Shown here one piece after another: positions 36,852-48,089 of a DNA stretch of 64,000 bases. A model generated the notes under the pieces. The model searched no databases, was not told where the DNA came from, and saw nothing but the letters and a program-made list of their open reading frames with translations. Every line of letters starts with the position of its first letter. Position 1 is the first letter of the stretch. This DNA comes from Bacteroidota bacterium (GTDB taxonomy: Bacteria; Bacteroidota; Bacteroidia; 2-12-FULL-35-15), in contig JAZJZM010000025.1 in assembly GCA_040389865.1 (NCBI GenBank), forward strand, positions 4,421 to 68,420, given 5' to 3'. A program made the position numbers and the translations under genes.

Positions 36852-37352
36852 TTAAGAAAATGCACAAATTATGCCACCCATCAATGCTAAACAAACGATC
36901 CAATATCCGCAATTTACAGCGATGTATTTAAATCCTTTTCCTTCAAACATTGCATTGGTACCTAAAATCGGTAAAGCTATCATTATACCAGCTATTGTGC
37001 CATGTAAAGCACCATGTTTAAAGGTACGAAAGTTGGTTCCGTATTTTGCCATAAAATCCTGTACCATCAAACTTACTTCTGAAGTTGGATCAGTAATTCC
37101 CGGCTCATTTGCCAAAATAGAATAAATACTCCATTGATGAATTACCATGAATTGTAAAGAAAATGCAAGCAAAAGGCTTAAGAAAAAAGAAAGACCAAAA
37201 ACTAAAGCAGAATGTCCGCCTTTCATAGTCATTTCCGATGTACCGGCAGCAGCTTTCCATGCATTTCCGAATACTTTCGGGTTGTACCATACAAAACCCA
37301 ATACCATTGGCACAAGAGCGGCCACAAGAATAATCATAAAATTTATTTGCAT
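36852..37352 (-). CDS. DUF1761-like membrane protein
   Basis: LGFVWYNPKVFGNAW, FKHGALHG, INCGYW-like C-terminus. Confidence 0.82.
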   Translation of the reverse strand: MQINFMIILVAALVPMVLGFVWYNPKVFGNAWKAAAGTSEMTMKGGHSALVFGLSFFLSLLLAFSLQFMVIHQWSIYSILANEPGITDPTSEVSLMVQDFMAKYGTNFRTFKHGALHGTIAGIMIALPILGTNAMFEGKGFKYIAVNCGYWIVCLALMGGIICAFS

Positions 37353-37417
37353 ATTTTTTGTTTTTAAAGTTTGTTCAAAGATATATGAAAAATTCGATTT
37401 TCTTGTACCTCCTTTAT

Positions 37418-38881
37418 TTATTCAAGCAAATTCAAGATATCCTGCAACGTGTTTTCATCATCGGGTCGTTTGGCATTTGGATCTACCACATTCCCCTTTT
37501 TATCGATCAGCATATATCTCGGAATACCACTGATCTGATAATACTTCGCCACAAAGGAACTCCAACCACCGGGGGATAAGGCGTGCACTCCGCCTAATTG
37601 CAAACTATTCACCGCTTGTTTCCAAATTTCTTCTGTATTATCAATTGAAATATAAAGAAATACAACTTCTTTTTTTTGTTTGTCGGTAAGTTGCTCATGC
37701 AACTTTTTGCTAAATGGAAACTGCTGTCTACAAGGGCCACACCAACTTGCCCAAAAATCTACATAGATAACTTTCCCTCTAAAATCGGCCAGGCTGATCT
37801 CTTTACCATCAAAACCCTGCAATTTAAAGTCAGCTGAAGCAATATCTAATTTCCCTTCTGCATTTTTTGGTAATTTTGTTTTCATCCATTTCCCCAGTTT
37901 TTCTTTTACAATTGCTGTGTACTCCCCTGTTTTATCCTCCTTCTCCATTTCTGTATAAATCCGCTTCACCGTTTCCGGATTTGTTTTTTCTCCCATTTCC
38001 AATAAATATTTTGTCAGATAAAACAGGAAGGGCTCTCCTTTTAGATTATCCCTGGCAATCACGTATTTTTTTTCGGTGGAAATTGTGTAGTCTTTAAATT
38101 TATTAAACCCATTCAATTCGGATGCATAATAAGTAACAAAAGAAGTCAGGAAATTCCTGTACGATTCGCTGATCATCGCTTCCTCATCATTTGCGGTTTT
38201 CTTATCCAGCACTTCCAGAATTACTGCGGGCAAGGAATTCACTTTTAGGATTGTCGTACTTTTATTGGCATTCACAACAGGAAAGGAAAGCAGATAGTTG
38301 AGGTAATTATATTTGATGTGATTCTCAATATATTTTTTGAAATCCGAAGTCAATAATTTTTTATCCGCATAATCGGTGTAAAACATTTTCTCTTTTTTTC
38401 GATTATCATAGATCAACATTTCAAACTCATCCAGACTAAGGGCTCTCATTTTTTCTTCGATAACACCGGAAGTAAAATCATTTTTAAATTGTGAATTAAA
38501 TTTTTTATTGAATCGATTATTTTCACTTCCTTTCACAGAAAAAACAATACTTTCAGATAAATCACCTGCTTTAAATTTTATATCCAGATTATCGCCCGGT
38601 TCAATATAAAGTTGAATGAATTGCCCTTGGTAACTTAATTCAACCAATCGATTTCTGTCCAACTGAAATTCAAAACTAAATTGATTTTGTTTAAGAGGGA
38701 TCTGGTATTTGGTTTGTTTTTGAGATAGATATGTTTTATCAATTGTAAAATTAACAGAGTCGTTCGTTCCGTTTTCAATGGTTCCTGAAATGATTGTTTT
38801 TATTTGCCCAAAGGATTGATTTGGGAGTAAACAGACCAGAATAAAATTCAGGAAAACTGAATGAACTATTATTTTTTTCAT
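37418..38881 (-). CDS. TlpA-family thiol-disulfide oxidoreductase
   Basis: Signal peptide; DFWASWCGPC; GIPRYMLIDKKG. Confidence 0.9.
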   Translation of the reverse strand: MKKIIVHSVFLNFILVCLLPNQSFGQIKTIISGTIENGTNDSVNFTIDKTYLSQKQTKYQIPLKQNQFSFEFQLDRNRLVELSYQGQFIQLYIEPGDNLDIKFKAGDLSESIVFSVKGSENNRFNKKFNSQFKNDFTSGVIEEKMRALSLDEFEMLIYDNRKKEKMFYTDYADKKLLTSDFKKYIENHIKYNYLNYLLSFPVVNANKSTTILKVNSLPAVILEVLDKKTANDEEAMISESYRNFLTSFVTYYASELNGFNKFKDYTISTEKKYVIARDNLKGEPFLFYLTKYLLEMGEKTNPETVKRIYTEMEKEDKTGEYTAIVKEKLGKWMKTKLPKNAEGKLDIASADFKLQGFDGKEISLADFRGKVIYVDFWASWCGPCRQQFPFSKKLHEQLTDKQKKEVVFLYISIDNTEEIWKQAVNSLQLGGVHALSPGGWSSFVAKYYQISGIPRYMLIDKKGNVVDPNAKRPDDENTLQDILNLLE

Positions 38882-38948
38882 TTTTTTTGTCTTTTAAACT
38901 TTTTAGAGTAGAATAACAGTAACAATTGAGTAGTATCTATTATTTTTC

Positions 38949-39042
38949 CAACACAGAGTACACAGTGAAAACAGAGTCGCACAGAGTTAAAAAAAACTAC
39001 TATGCTCTGTGAAACTCTTAATACTCCGTGATCTCTGTGTTG
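38949..39042. repeat. CACAGAG/CTCTGTG short-unit inverted repeat element
   Basis: CAACACAGAG...CTCTGTGTTG ends with several internal ACAGAG / CTCTGTG units. Confidence 0.7.
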
Positions 39043-39094
39043 ATTTTTTTTTATTTTTTTAAGCTGAGTATTTAAATATAATTATAGTGCCCCT

Positions 39095-40030
39095 TTAAAA
39101 AGGCAAGTCCGTTAAATCCACATTCCCACCTGAAAGTATAATGCCAACTTTTTTGTTCTTGAATTTCTCTTTTTCCTTTAACAAGGCTGCAAATGCAACT
39201 GCACTGGAAGGTTCAATAATTATTTTCATGCGCTCCCAGATCAGTTTCATTGCTTCAATTATTTCATCTTCAGTAACCCGTATTATGCCTTCTACATGCT
39301 TCTGAATTATTGGGAAATTAAGTTCACCCAAGTGTGTTCTCAAGCCGTCAGCAATGGTATTTATTGTTAAGTTGCGCTCTATTTTTCCACTTTGTAACGA
39401 CCGGTATGCATCATCAACTTCATTTGGTTCGGCTCCAAATGTTTTGCATTTTTCGCTAAAAAAATGTACCGCCAGAGCTGTTCCTGAAACTAAGCCACCG
39501 CCACCTACAGGGGCAAAAACTGCATCTAAATCGGGATGCTCTTCCAGGAGTTCGATACATGCAGTCCCTTGTCCTAAAATCACATCTAAATTGTCGAAAG
39601 GATGAATAAATATAGCTCCTTTGTTGTGTTCAATATTTTTAGCAGCCAATTCCCTTGCAGCCGGGGTTGGTTCACACTCTATAATTTCGCCTCCATATCC
39701 CTTTACAGCTTCTTTTTTTACTGAGGCTGCATTGGATGGCATTACAATATATGCTTTAATGCCCAGGTTCTGCGCAGCAAGAGCCAGGGCTTGTGCAAAG
39801 TTCCCGGACGAATGCGTTACTACACCTTTTTTCTTTTCTTCGTCAGAAAGTTGCAAAATAGCATTGGCAGCGCCTCGCATTTTGAATGCTCCTATTTTTT
39901 GGAAATTTTCGCATTTAAAATAGATATCCGCACCCGATAATTTATTTAATATCCGGGAAGTTAAAACTGGGGTTCGATGTACGTAAGGTGCAATTCGCTT
40001 ATGAGAGTTTAGCAGATCTGATTTTTGCAT
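39095..40030 (-). CDS. PLP-dependent serine/threonine dehydratase (serine racemase-like)
   Basis: KCENFQKIGAFKMRGA, HSSGN, PVGGGGL, LSGGN. Confidence 0.92.
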   Translation of the reverse strand: MQKSDLLNSHKRIAPYVHRTPVLTSRILNKLSGADIYFKCENFQKIGAFKMRGAANAILQLSDEEKKKGVVTHSSGNFAQALALAAQNLGIKAYIVMPSNAASVKKEAVKGYGGEIIECEPTPAARELAAKNIEHNKGAIFIHPFDNLDVILGQGTACIELLEEHPDLDAVFAPVGGGGLVSGTALAVHFFSEKCKTFGAEPNEVDDAYRSLQSGKIERNLTINTIADGLRTHLGELNFPIIQKHVEGIIRVTEDEIIEAMKLIWERMKIIIEPSSAVAFAALLKEKEKFKNKKVGIILSGGNVDLTDLPF

Positions 40031-40099
40031 ACTATTAAAATAAATTGATTGAATTAGGGCAATAGCTTATAATTTTTTTACCGTGAACTCAGGCTAAAT

Positions 40100-40160
40100 C
40101 GTGCGAAGGTCATACTGAGCCTGTCGAAGTATATGGGCTGCCCCACGCACACCCTTCGAC
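40100..40160. repeat. GTCA-tagged REP-like doublet
   Basis: GTCATACTGAGCCTGTCGAAGTA ... CCCTTCGACAAGCTCTGGGTGAC. Confidence 0.8.
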
Positions 40161-40252
40161 AAGCTCTGGGTGACAGCACACATTGTAATATCAAGCATTA
40201 GTGTTTAAATTATGCATTAAGTGCCTAATTCATTAAATTGATTTGTTATAAT

Positions 40253-40984
40253 CTATCCGTTCGAAAACAACATGAACCTTGTTTTCTTTTTTTTGCATCT
40301 GGTTTTTGTAAAATATCCTACATCATAATCAAATCCGATCATCATCATAGCCGTTAACGGATTTGAGGACTTATAAACCTCATAACTTTTGATCGAAGGG
40401 AAATCACTTTGCTGACCTGCAACGCTTATAATATCATTTAATGAATAGGATATTCTGCATCCCAATGTTACGCCAAAGTTTTCGGTGCCCATTATATATC
40501 CTCCAAAGCCTATTACAGCTGAAACATAGGATTTAACAAGATTTTCGGAAATATCTATATTTTTTGTATGAGTTAGATTATCACTCCCCCTGGTTTTATT
40601 GATCATAGATAATTGAGGACCAATTTCAAAATAACTGGAGTTTACTGATCTTCTATACATCAATAAAATATTAGTTGCATTAAAACCGATACTGCGTACG
40701 TAATTAGTTTTATTGCTATCCAGACTATAGGTAAATGATTGGTCAAAAGCAGAAGATGTTACATCTATTGTAACTGCATGCTCTTCATTAAAATTTATTC
40801 CGAGTTTTCCTCCATACATATATCCGTAAGATAGTTTTGGAGCAAAATTACGATCATTATAAAAGTTCTTGTTTACCAGAAATCCTACTCCGTATGCACC
40901 TCTCGCTCCAATATCAAGCCAGCTCTGAGAATAAAGTGATTGTGAAAAAATAAATATACTGAAAGCAATTGTAATTTTTTTCAT
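40253..40984 (-). CDS. Secreted protein, probable outer-membrane beta-barrel
   Basis: Signal peptide; alternating beta-strand pattern (YFEIGPQLS, FGVTLGCRISY). Confidence 0.65.
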   Translation of the reverse strand: MKKITIAFSIFIFSQSLYSQSWLDIGARGAYGVGFLVNKNFYNDRNFAPKLSYGYMYGGKLGINFNEEHAVTIDVTSSAFDQSFTYSLDSNKTNYVRSIGFNATNILLMYRRSVNSSYFEIGPQLSMINKTRGSDNLTHTKNIDISENLVKSYVSAVIGFGGYIMGTENFGVTLGCRISYSLNDIISVAGQQSDFPSIKSYEVYKSSNPLTAMMMIGFDYDVGYFTKTRCKKKKTRFMLFSNG

Positions 40985-41148
40985 AGCAAACCCTATTTTA
41001 ACCTGATCAGAGGCGGTTTATTAATTTCGATTACACTTGTTCAAATTTAATATTATCCCTGAAATAAAGGCACGATAATTCCAACATTTTTCTACAAGAA
41101 AATCCCTTCATTTATGTTGGAATAAATAAAATGCCTAACCCGTTCTGG

Positions 41149-42102
41149 TTATTTTACCTCTAACTCATTAAGGAAATCAGTAATTACTCGGATGTTTTGC
41201 TCCGGATTATCTTGCATGGTCATGTGGCCAGCATTTTCGATAAGTGAAAATTTAGCACCCGGGACCAGGCTTTGGTAATACTGCACTGTGGATGGACGGG
41301 CTTCATCAAATTCACCCGTTATAAAAAGGGTCGGCACTTTTATTTCTGCCAATCGGTTGGTGCGGTCATAATCTTTTAATGGTCCAATCATTGTAAATTC
41401 ACTGGGGCCTCCCATGTATTCATATACATTTTGCCCAATTTGAGAAAAAGCACTGTCAATGTCAGTTGACCAGGGTAATTTTCTTGCAAGGAAATTTTCA
41501 TAATAAATTTTTATTGCCGCTTGATATTCCAGTGAGGTAAAGGTTTTGTTTTGTTCATTGATGAGAATATCTTTTTGAACCGAGTCTGGTAAGGTAGCTA
41601 TTAGCGTGTCCGCATCTTTTAACCACATAGGAATGCTAATTGCAGGACTGCTAAGAATTAATGCTTTTATGCCTTCAGGAAATTTCAGATAATAGTCAGT
41701 TGCAAGCATGGTTCCCCAGGACTGTCCGTAGAGATAATATTCTTTCAAACCAAGTGCCTGTTTCACCTGTTCAAGTTCATTAACAAAATGTTCCACTGTC
41801 ATCAGGGCTGTATCTGCTATCCTGTCGGACTTACCACACCCCAACTGATCGTAAAAAATTACAGGACGGTTTTTACTCAATGCTTCCAACGGTTTAAGAT
41901 AATAACTGGGAACACCAGGGCCACCATGCAATAAAAGAATAGGCGTTCCTGGACCTTCACCAATTATTCGATACCAAACCTTGCCACCGGCAACATTAAT
42001 GAAACCTTCCCCCTGAACTAATTTCTTTGGCTGCTTACAACTTGTAACCAATAAAATTAAAATAGCGCCAGTAATCAATTTCAGAGTATTTAATGTTTTC
42101 AT
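41149..42102 (-). CDS. Proline iminopeptidase-family alpha/beta hydrolase lipoprotein
   Basis: Lipobox VTSC; LHGGPG, YDQLGCG, GQSWG, GEFDE, AGH. Confidence 0.9.
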   Translation of the reverse strand: MKTLNTLKLITGAILILLVTSCKQPKKLVQGEGFINVAGGKVWYRIIGEGPGTPILLLHGGPGVPSYYLKPLEALSKNRPVIFYDQLGCGKSDRIADTALMTVEHFVNELEQVKQALGLKEYYLYGQSWGTMLATDYYLKFPEGIKALILSSPAISIPMWLKDADTLIATLPDSVQKDILINEQNKTFTSLEYQAAIKIYYENFLARKLPWSTDIDSAFSQIGQNVYEYMGGPSEFTMIGPLKDYDRTNRLAEIKVPTLFITGEFDEARPSTVQYYQSLVPGAKFSLIENAGHMTMQDNPEQNIRVITDFLNELEVK

Positions 42103-42242
42103 GTTTTTATATTTTGAATTCAAAAGATTATTTTTTTTTTAATTGCAGCCTTTGCTTTAAACTTAAAATTATATTTTATCCAGACTGTATTTAAGTTAAA
42201 ATACATTTATTGTTTACAACGAAATGATGGTTAAAATGCTTA

Positions 42243-42308
42243 CGCACAATTTTCTCGACAAGTTCGAAATGACCACGCGCAGTCCTTTCGAACTTGTCGA
42301 GAATTGCG
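42243..42308. repeat. GTCA-tagged REP-like doublet
   Basis: TTCTCGACAAGTTCGAAATGAC-CACGCGCA-GTCCTTTCGAACTTGTCGAGAA. Confidence 0.8.
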
Positions 42309-42348
42309 GCTGTCTGCCTTAACAAATTAAATATATAAAGTCTACTAA

Positions 42349-42873
42349 TTACCGCCCCAAGTTTCGCAACGTTATTTTCTGATGCTGTTCAACATGATGA
42401 ATTGTGAAAAACAACATTTCTCTAATTGTTAATTTACCCAGTAAAGGGTGCGGTAAAAGGTATTCATCCAATTCAGCTTCTGAATATTTATCAATCTTTT
42501 TAGATAGCTCTTTTACAACTTTTAATAAGCTGTTTGTCAATTGCTCTTTTTGGTCTACGCCTATTGCTTGAGGAACAAATCTCCCTGTTGCCACTCCTCC
42601 GGTTTCAAGTTTTAACATATATTTTTTTACCAGATCATCATAGTTTTTTGAAGGTCGGTTTGCCTTACCAAAAAGCAGGCGAATAACAAATTTTGGAAGT
42701 GAAAGAGCCATTTTTAATGGCGAAACGGATCGCACAATATGATCAAGTTGCTGTCCGGCTGTCCATTTATTATCAAACGAAAACATAAAATCTTTGTCGC
42801 TTAATCCTTTGATCAATTCAACAAAATCGATATGCTTTTTTATCAATTTATTTATTATTTCCTGTTTAGTCAT
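42349..42873 (-). CDS. DinB-family protein
   Basis: WTAGQQLDH, PHPLLGKLTIREML, HVEQH. Confidence 0.88.
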   Translation of the reverse strand: MTKQEIINKLIKKHIDFVELIKGLSDKDFMFSFDNKWTAGQQLDHIVRSVSPLKMALSLPKFVIRLLFGKANRPSKNYDDLVKKYMLKLETGGVATGRFVPQAIGVDQKEQLTNSLLKVVKELSKKIDKYSEAELDEYLLPHPLLGKLTIREMLFFTIHHVEQHQKITLRNLGR

Positions 42874-42983
42874 TTGTTCTTCTTTGTTTTAACATATAGG
42901 ATTAGAATAGATCAAACAATAGCAATGAAGGAGGAGGCAATAGAGAATATGCAATTGTAAAATTGCCCAATTGTAAAATTTTT

Positions 42984-44225
42984 CTATTCAAACCTAAGAG
43001 CATCAATAGGATCCAGTTTTGAGGCTTTTATAGCAGGGTACAATCCCGCAAATAATCCAACAAACATACAGAGTACCACCCCACTGATGATCCATACCCA
43101 GGGAATTACAAACCCCACTCCTAGCTGGTAAGAAATAAGATTACCGATCAACATTCCAAGAATAATTCCCAACAAGCCACCTATCTGACAAATTACTATT
43201 GCTTCAACCAAAAACTGGCCACGAATAGCTGTTTTTGTTGCTCCAACAGCCTTCCTGATACCGATCTCCCGGGTTCGCTCCGTTACCGAAACAAGCATTA
43301 TATTCATTAAACCAATAGCTGCGCCTAACAGCGTAATAATTCCTATGATAGTAGCTCCGGTAGTTGCTTTTCCGATCAAACCAATCAACATATTTGCCAG
43401 GTTATCGCTTTTGGTTATTTCAAAATTATTGTCTTCACCTATCCTTACTTTTCTAACCACCCTGAACGTACCAATAGCTTCATTAATAGCGGCATCCATT
43501 TGTTGCGAACTGGTGGTAAGCACATTTATGGTATAGGTCATATTGGGCATCGAAAAATACTGACGAACATTGTTTAACGTCAATATCCCTACTTTATCAC
43601 CACCAAAACCTGCACTATTCCCTTTTGATTTTAAAACACCGATTACTTTGTATTTACCACTTCCTATTGTTACCACTTTATCAATGGGCTCTTCTTTTTT
43701 ATTAAATAAAGCTTCAACCACCTCTTTACCCAATATTACCACGTGACTGCCGTAAAGCACCTCTTGCGCTGAAAAATTCCGCCCGCGCTCCAGGTCATAA
43801 CCCGAAGTGGCCATGTAATTTTCGTCACCGCCAAATACACGAATATTCGGGTTCGTTTTTTTTGATGCATATTTCATCGTTCCCGCACCGGCTGCCATAG
43901 TTGAAACCGAAGGTTTTGCAGGAAATGAGTACTCTTTACTAAAACGTACCGCTTCATCATACGTTATGTTTTTGAATTTTTTTGGTTTTTTACCGTTTTG
44001 ACCGATACGTAATTTCATTTCACGATTACGGATAGTGAACGTATTTGCACCCATATTGGTAAAATTACTGTTGATGGACGATTTAATTGCATCAATTGCT
44101 GTTAAAATTCCAACCAAAGCCATAATTCCGATAGAGATAATTAAGACAGTAAGTGTAGTTCGCAAAAGCTGAGCCCGGATCGACCCAAGTGATATTCTAA
44201 TATTTTCCCTAATATTTGAAGCCAT
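42984..44225 (-). CDS. MacB/FtsX-like ABC transporter permease
   Basis: MNIMLVSVTERTREIGIRKAVGA, LYPAIKASKLDPIDALRFE. Confidence 0.93.
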   Translation of the reverse strand: MASNIRENIRISLGSIRAQLLRTTLTVLIISIGIMALVGILTAIDAIKSSINSNFTNMGANTFTIRNREMKLRIGQNGKKPKKFKNITYDEAVRFSKEYSFPAKPSVSTMAAGAGTMKYASKKTNPNIRVFGGDENYMATSGYDLERGRNFSAQEVLYGSHVVILGKEVVEALFNKKEEPIDKVVTIGSGKYKVIGVLKSKGNSAGFGGDKVGILTLNNVRQYFSMPNMTYTINVLTTSSQQMDAAINEAIGTFRVVRKVRIGEDNNFEITKSDNLANMLIGLIGKATTGATIIGIITLLGAAIGLMNIMLVSVTERTREIGIRKAVGATKTAIRGQFLVEAIVICQIGGLLGIILGMLIGNLISYQLGVGFVIPWVWIISGVVLCMFVGLFAGLYPAIKASKLDPIDALRFE

Positions 44226-44299
44226 TAAATATAATTGTGTAGCGCTACAAAAATAGCAAAACTAATCGGTACGGATAAAAAACAAAGAAAGGTTATATC

Positions 44300-44438
44300 T
44301 GTTTAAATTAAAATCGAAATTTTTGTTTGGCCAACGCAATGTCTTCAAGAGGCTCAGACCTACCCGTGCGAGGTCATGTTGAGCTTGTCGAAATATGTGC
44401 GAGGGCTTTCATAGTGTATTTTATTAAAATTTAAACAG
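44300..44438. mobile_element. Degenerate MITE-like element enclosing a REP-like doublet
   Basis: CTGTTTAAATT...AATTTAAACAG ends; internal GTCATGTTGAGCTTGTCGAAATA. Confidence 0.55.
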
Positions 44439-44497
44439 TTTCTTAGAAAAAGATGATATTTTTTAGGTAAAGCTGTCCAAAAATTACAACAATAGCC

Positions 44498-44505
44498 TAT
44501 CTTTG
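44498..44505 (+). promoter_or_regulatory. -7 promoter box upstream of aconitase
   Basis: TATCTTTG matches TAnnTTTG. Confidence 0.5.
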
Positions 44506-44588
44506 ATGCATAAAATTATGTTTCGTTTTAAAAATGTGTCAATTAGCAATTAATAAATAACAAATATATAAATCAAAATTTTCTAACT

Positions 44589-46856
44589 ATGGCATTTGAT
44601 ATTGAAATGATTAAGGCACTTTATGAAAAATTGCCTGCTAAAGTTGAAGCTGCACGTAAATTATTAGGGCGTCCACTAACACTTACAGAAAAAACATTAT
44701 ATGCTCATTTGCATATCGATCAAAAAGCGGAATCTTTCCAGCGAGGAAAATCGTATGTTGATTTTGCACCGGATAGAGTTGCTATGCAAGATGCAACAGC
44801 ACAAATGGCATTGTTGCAATTTATGCAATCAGGGCGCCCGAAAGTTGCCGTTCCTTCCACTGTTCATTGTGACCACTTGATCACCGCCAAAGATGGTGCT
44901 GCAACCGACCTGGCTTTTGCAACAAGTGAAAGTAAGGAAGTGTTTGATTTTTTAGGTTCCGTTTCTAATAAATATGGTATCGGTTTTTGGAAACCGGGTG
45001 CCGGAATTATCCATCAGGTGGTTTTAGAGAACTATGCTTTCCCCGGAGGATTAATGATCGGTACCGATTCGCACACTGTAAATGCAGGTGGATTGGGAAT
45101 GATAGCAATTGGTGTTGGTGGTGCCGATGCATGTGATGTGATGGCCGGATTGGCTTGGGAATTAAAAATGCCCAAATTAATTGGTGTTAAATTAACCGGA
45201 AAACTAAATGGCTGGACTGCTCCTAAAGATGTGATCTTAAAAGTAGCCGGTATATTAACTGTAAAAGGTGGAACCGATGCTGTTGTTGAATATTTTGGTG
45301 AAGGTGCAAGATCCATAAGCTGTACAGGAAAAGGAACTATTTGTAACATGGGTGCAGAAATTGGTGCTACCGCTTCCACATTTGCTTATGATGCTTCTAT
45401 GGAACGTTACCTAAATGCAACAGGTAGAGCTGATGTTGCTGAACTTGCAAATAAAGTTAAAGAACATTTAACTGCCGATGCAGAAGTTTACGCAGATCCT
45501 TCCAAGTATTTTGATGAAGTGATTGAAATTGATCTGTCAACATTGGAGCCGCATGTAAATGGACCATTCACACCGGATCTTGCAACTCCTATTTCTAAAT
45601 TAAAAGAAGAAGCAATAAAAAATGGCTGGCCATTAAAGATTTCCGTTGGCTTATTAGGTTCCTGTACCAACTCTTCTTATGAAGATATTTCACGTGCAGT
45701 GAGTATTGCTAAACAAGTTTCTGCTAAAAATTTAAAATCAAAAGCAGAATATTTGATCAATCCGGGTTCAGAACAAATTCGTTATACGATTAAACGTGAT
45801 GGATTTTTAGATGTGTTTGACCAAATTGGCGCTAAAGTATTTACCAATGCTTGCGGACCATGTATTGGTATGTGGGATAGAATGGGTGCTGAGAAACAAG
45901 AAAAAAACACCATCATTCATTCCTTCAACAGAAATTTCTCAAAACGCGCAGATGGAAATCCAAATACGTATGCATTTGTTGCATCTCCTGAAATAGTTAC
46001 TGCAATGGCTATTGCGGGCGACTTAACGTTCAATCCATTAACAGATTTTTTAACAAACGAAAAAGGCGAGAAAGTAAAACTGGATGCACCAACAGGCGAT
46101 GAGTTACCTACAAAAGGATTTGCTGTTGAAGATGCCGGATACCAAGCTCCTGCTAAAGACGGAAGTTCAGTGAATATAATTGTTTCACCTACTTCCAATC
46201 GTTTACAATTATTAAATCCATTTGCTGCCTGGGAAGGTGTTGATCTGAAAGGATTAAAATTACTGATCAAAGCAAAAGGTAAATGTACCACCGACCATAT
46301 TTCAATGGCAGGCCCCTGGTTAAAATTCCGCGGACATTTAGATAACATCTCTAACAATATGCTGATTGGTGCGGTGAATTATTTCAATGAAAAAACCGAC
46401 ACAGTTAAAAATCAACTTACCGGTGAATATGGCGCTGTTCCGGCTGTACAACGTGCATACAAAGCTAAAGGTATAGGTTCGATTGTGGTAGGTGATGAAA
46501 ATTACGGTGAAGGATCCTCACGTGAGCATGCCGCAATGGAGCCACGCTTCCTGGGTGTGCGTGCAGTATTGGTGAAATCATTCGCAAGGATCCACGAAAC
46601 AAACCTTAAAAAACAAGGGATGTTGGGATTAACATTTGCCAACAAAGCAGATTATGATAAAATAAAAGAAGATGATTCAATTGATATCGTTGGTTTAACA
46701 TCCTTTGCTCCAAATGTTCCTTTAACTTTAGTATTAAACCATGCTGATGGAACTAAAGATGAATTTAAAGTAAATCACACTTACAATGAGCAGCAAATAG
46801 AATGGTTTAAGGCTGGTGGTGCATTAAATATTATACGTGCTAATGTAAAAGCGTAA
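44589..46856 (+). CDS. acnA: Aconitate hydratase (mitochondrial-like type)
   Basis: [49 protein letters not shown]. Confidence 0.95.
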   Translation: MAFDIEMIKALYEKLPAKVEAARKLLGRPLTLTEKTLYAHLHIDQKAESFQRGKSYVDFAPDRVAMQDATAQMALLQFMQSGRPKVAVPSTVHCDHLITAKDGAATDLAFATSESKEVFDFLGSVSNKYGIGFWKPGAGIIHQVVLENYAFPGGLMIGTDSHTVNAGGLGMIAIGVGGADACDVMAGLAWELKMPKLIGVKLTGKLNGWTAPKDVILKVAGILTVKGGTDAVVEYFGEGARSISCTGKGTICNMGAEIGATASTFAYDASMERYLNATGRADVAELANKVKEHLTADAEVYADPSKYFDEVIEIDLSTLEPHVNGPFTPDLATPISKLKEEAIKNGWPLKISVGLLGSCTNSSYEDISRAVSIAKQVSAKNLKSKAEYLINPGSEQIRYTIKRDGFLDVFDQIGAKVFTNACGPCIGMWDRMGAEKQEKNTIIHSFNRNFSKRADGNPNTYAFVASPEIVTAMAIAGDLTFNPLTDFLTNEKGEKVKLDAPTGDELPTKGFAVEDAGYQAPAKDGSSVNIIVSPTSNRLQLLNPFAAWEGVDLKGLKLLIKAKGKCTTDHISMAGPWLKFRGHLDNISNNMLIGAVNYFNEKTDTVKNQLTGEYGAVPAVQRAYKAKGIGSIVVGDENYGEGSSREHAAMEPRFLGVRAVLVKSFARIHETNLKKQGMLGLTFANKADYDKIKEDDSIDIVGLTSFAPNVPLTLVLNHADGTKDEFKVNHTYNEQQIEWFKAGGALNIIRANVKA

Positions 46857-46889
46857 TATTGATTTATAGAACATAGAATAAAAAATCAG

Positions 46890-46928
46890 GAAAATACCCT
46901 TCGAAATTCGTTGGGTATTTTCTTTTTT
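46890..46928 (+). terminator. Intrinsic terminator after aconitase
   Basis: GAAAATACCC-loop-GGGTATTTTC followed by T run. Confidence 0.7.
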
Positions 46929-46953
46929 ATATTAATTGAATTTAACACTATTT

Positions 46954-47823
46954 ATGAAAGCATATAACCCGAAAGATTGGTTTAGCCTTATTTTTAATTT
47001 TCACAAAAGCGATACCTTCAGGTTGCTTATGCCCGCAATGGGAGGACTTACCGTTTTATCTTCCGTTTTATGTTACCTAGATGTGGAGATGCATGTTATT
47101 ACTTTTCGAAGCACCACTGTAATGCACTCTTTACTGGGCTTTGTAATTTCATTATTGCTGGTATTCCGAACCAATACAGCGTATGAAAGGTGGTGGGAAG
47201 GCAGAAAATTATGGGGCGACTTAGTAAATAACAGCAGAAATTTAATGATGAAGATCAATGCTTTTTTACCGGATGACCAAAAGGAATTAAAAAACAATTT
47301 CAGAATATTAATAAGCAATTATGCCATTGCTTTGAAAAATCATTTGCGGGGAGGCTTTAAGGAAGGCGAACTGGAAGAGCATCCTAATCTTCGTATAATT
47401 GATCTGAAACAATCAAACCATACACCCAATAAAATTGCCCAACAATTATACATTGAAGCTGATAAATTAGTTAAACAAAAATTGATTTCTGAAGAAAAAT
47501 TTATTGTATTAAACGAGGAATTGCGTTCCTTTACCAATGTAGTGGGTGCTTGCGAGCGCATAAAAAAAACACCGATACCGTATTCTTATAGTTCCTTTAT
47601 AAAACGTATCATTTTTTTATACGTAATTACACTTCCTTTAGGTATAATTCATGACCTGCAATGGGCTACTATTCCAATAGTTGTATTTGTGTTTTATGCA
47701 TTTGGGAGTTTGGAATTGCTTGCCGAAGAGATCGAAGACCCATTTGGTACCGAACGGAATGATCTTCCAACAGATGAATTAGCCATTACGATCCGTAAAA
47801 ATTTAAAAGATATACTTAAATAG
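46954..47823 (+). CDS. Bestrophin-family channel
   Basis: FRTNTAYERWWEGR, CERIKKTPIP, EIEDPFG...DLP. Confidence 0.93.
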   Translation: MKAYNPKDWFSLIFNFHKSDTFRLLMPAMGGLTVLSSVLCYLDVEMHVITFRSTTVMHSLLGFVISLLLVFRTNTAYERWWEGRKLWGDLVNNSRNLMMKINAFLPDDQKELKNNFRILISNYAIALKNHLRGGFKEGELEEHPNLRIIDLKQSNHTPNKIAQQLYIEADKLVKQKLISEEKFIVLNEELRSFTNVVGACERIKKTPIPYSYSSFIKRIIFLYVITLPLGIIHDLQWATIPIVVFVFYAFGSLELLAEEIEDPFGTERNDLPTDELAITIRKNLKDILK

Positions 47824-48089
47824 ATCTCTCCTTTACGAAAACAAAACTGCCTCAGTCTGGAGTTTGTTTTTCATCGTTTTGAAATATTGAACATCTATAA
47901 GGACAAAAAAACTATAAAAAGGCAAATGTAAGTATAGCCTTATTTTCGGGAGAGAACCACAACAAATTTTCAATTCAAAGTATTAAATACCAAGTATTTG
48001 TAACTTTTTTTGTGATTATTTCGTAAGGGAAAATGTTATTGTTGGGAAATTTTAGTATTTTTATTTTTAAAATTTTTAATACTGCAAAT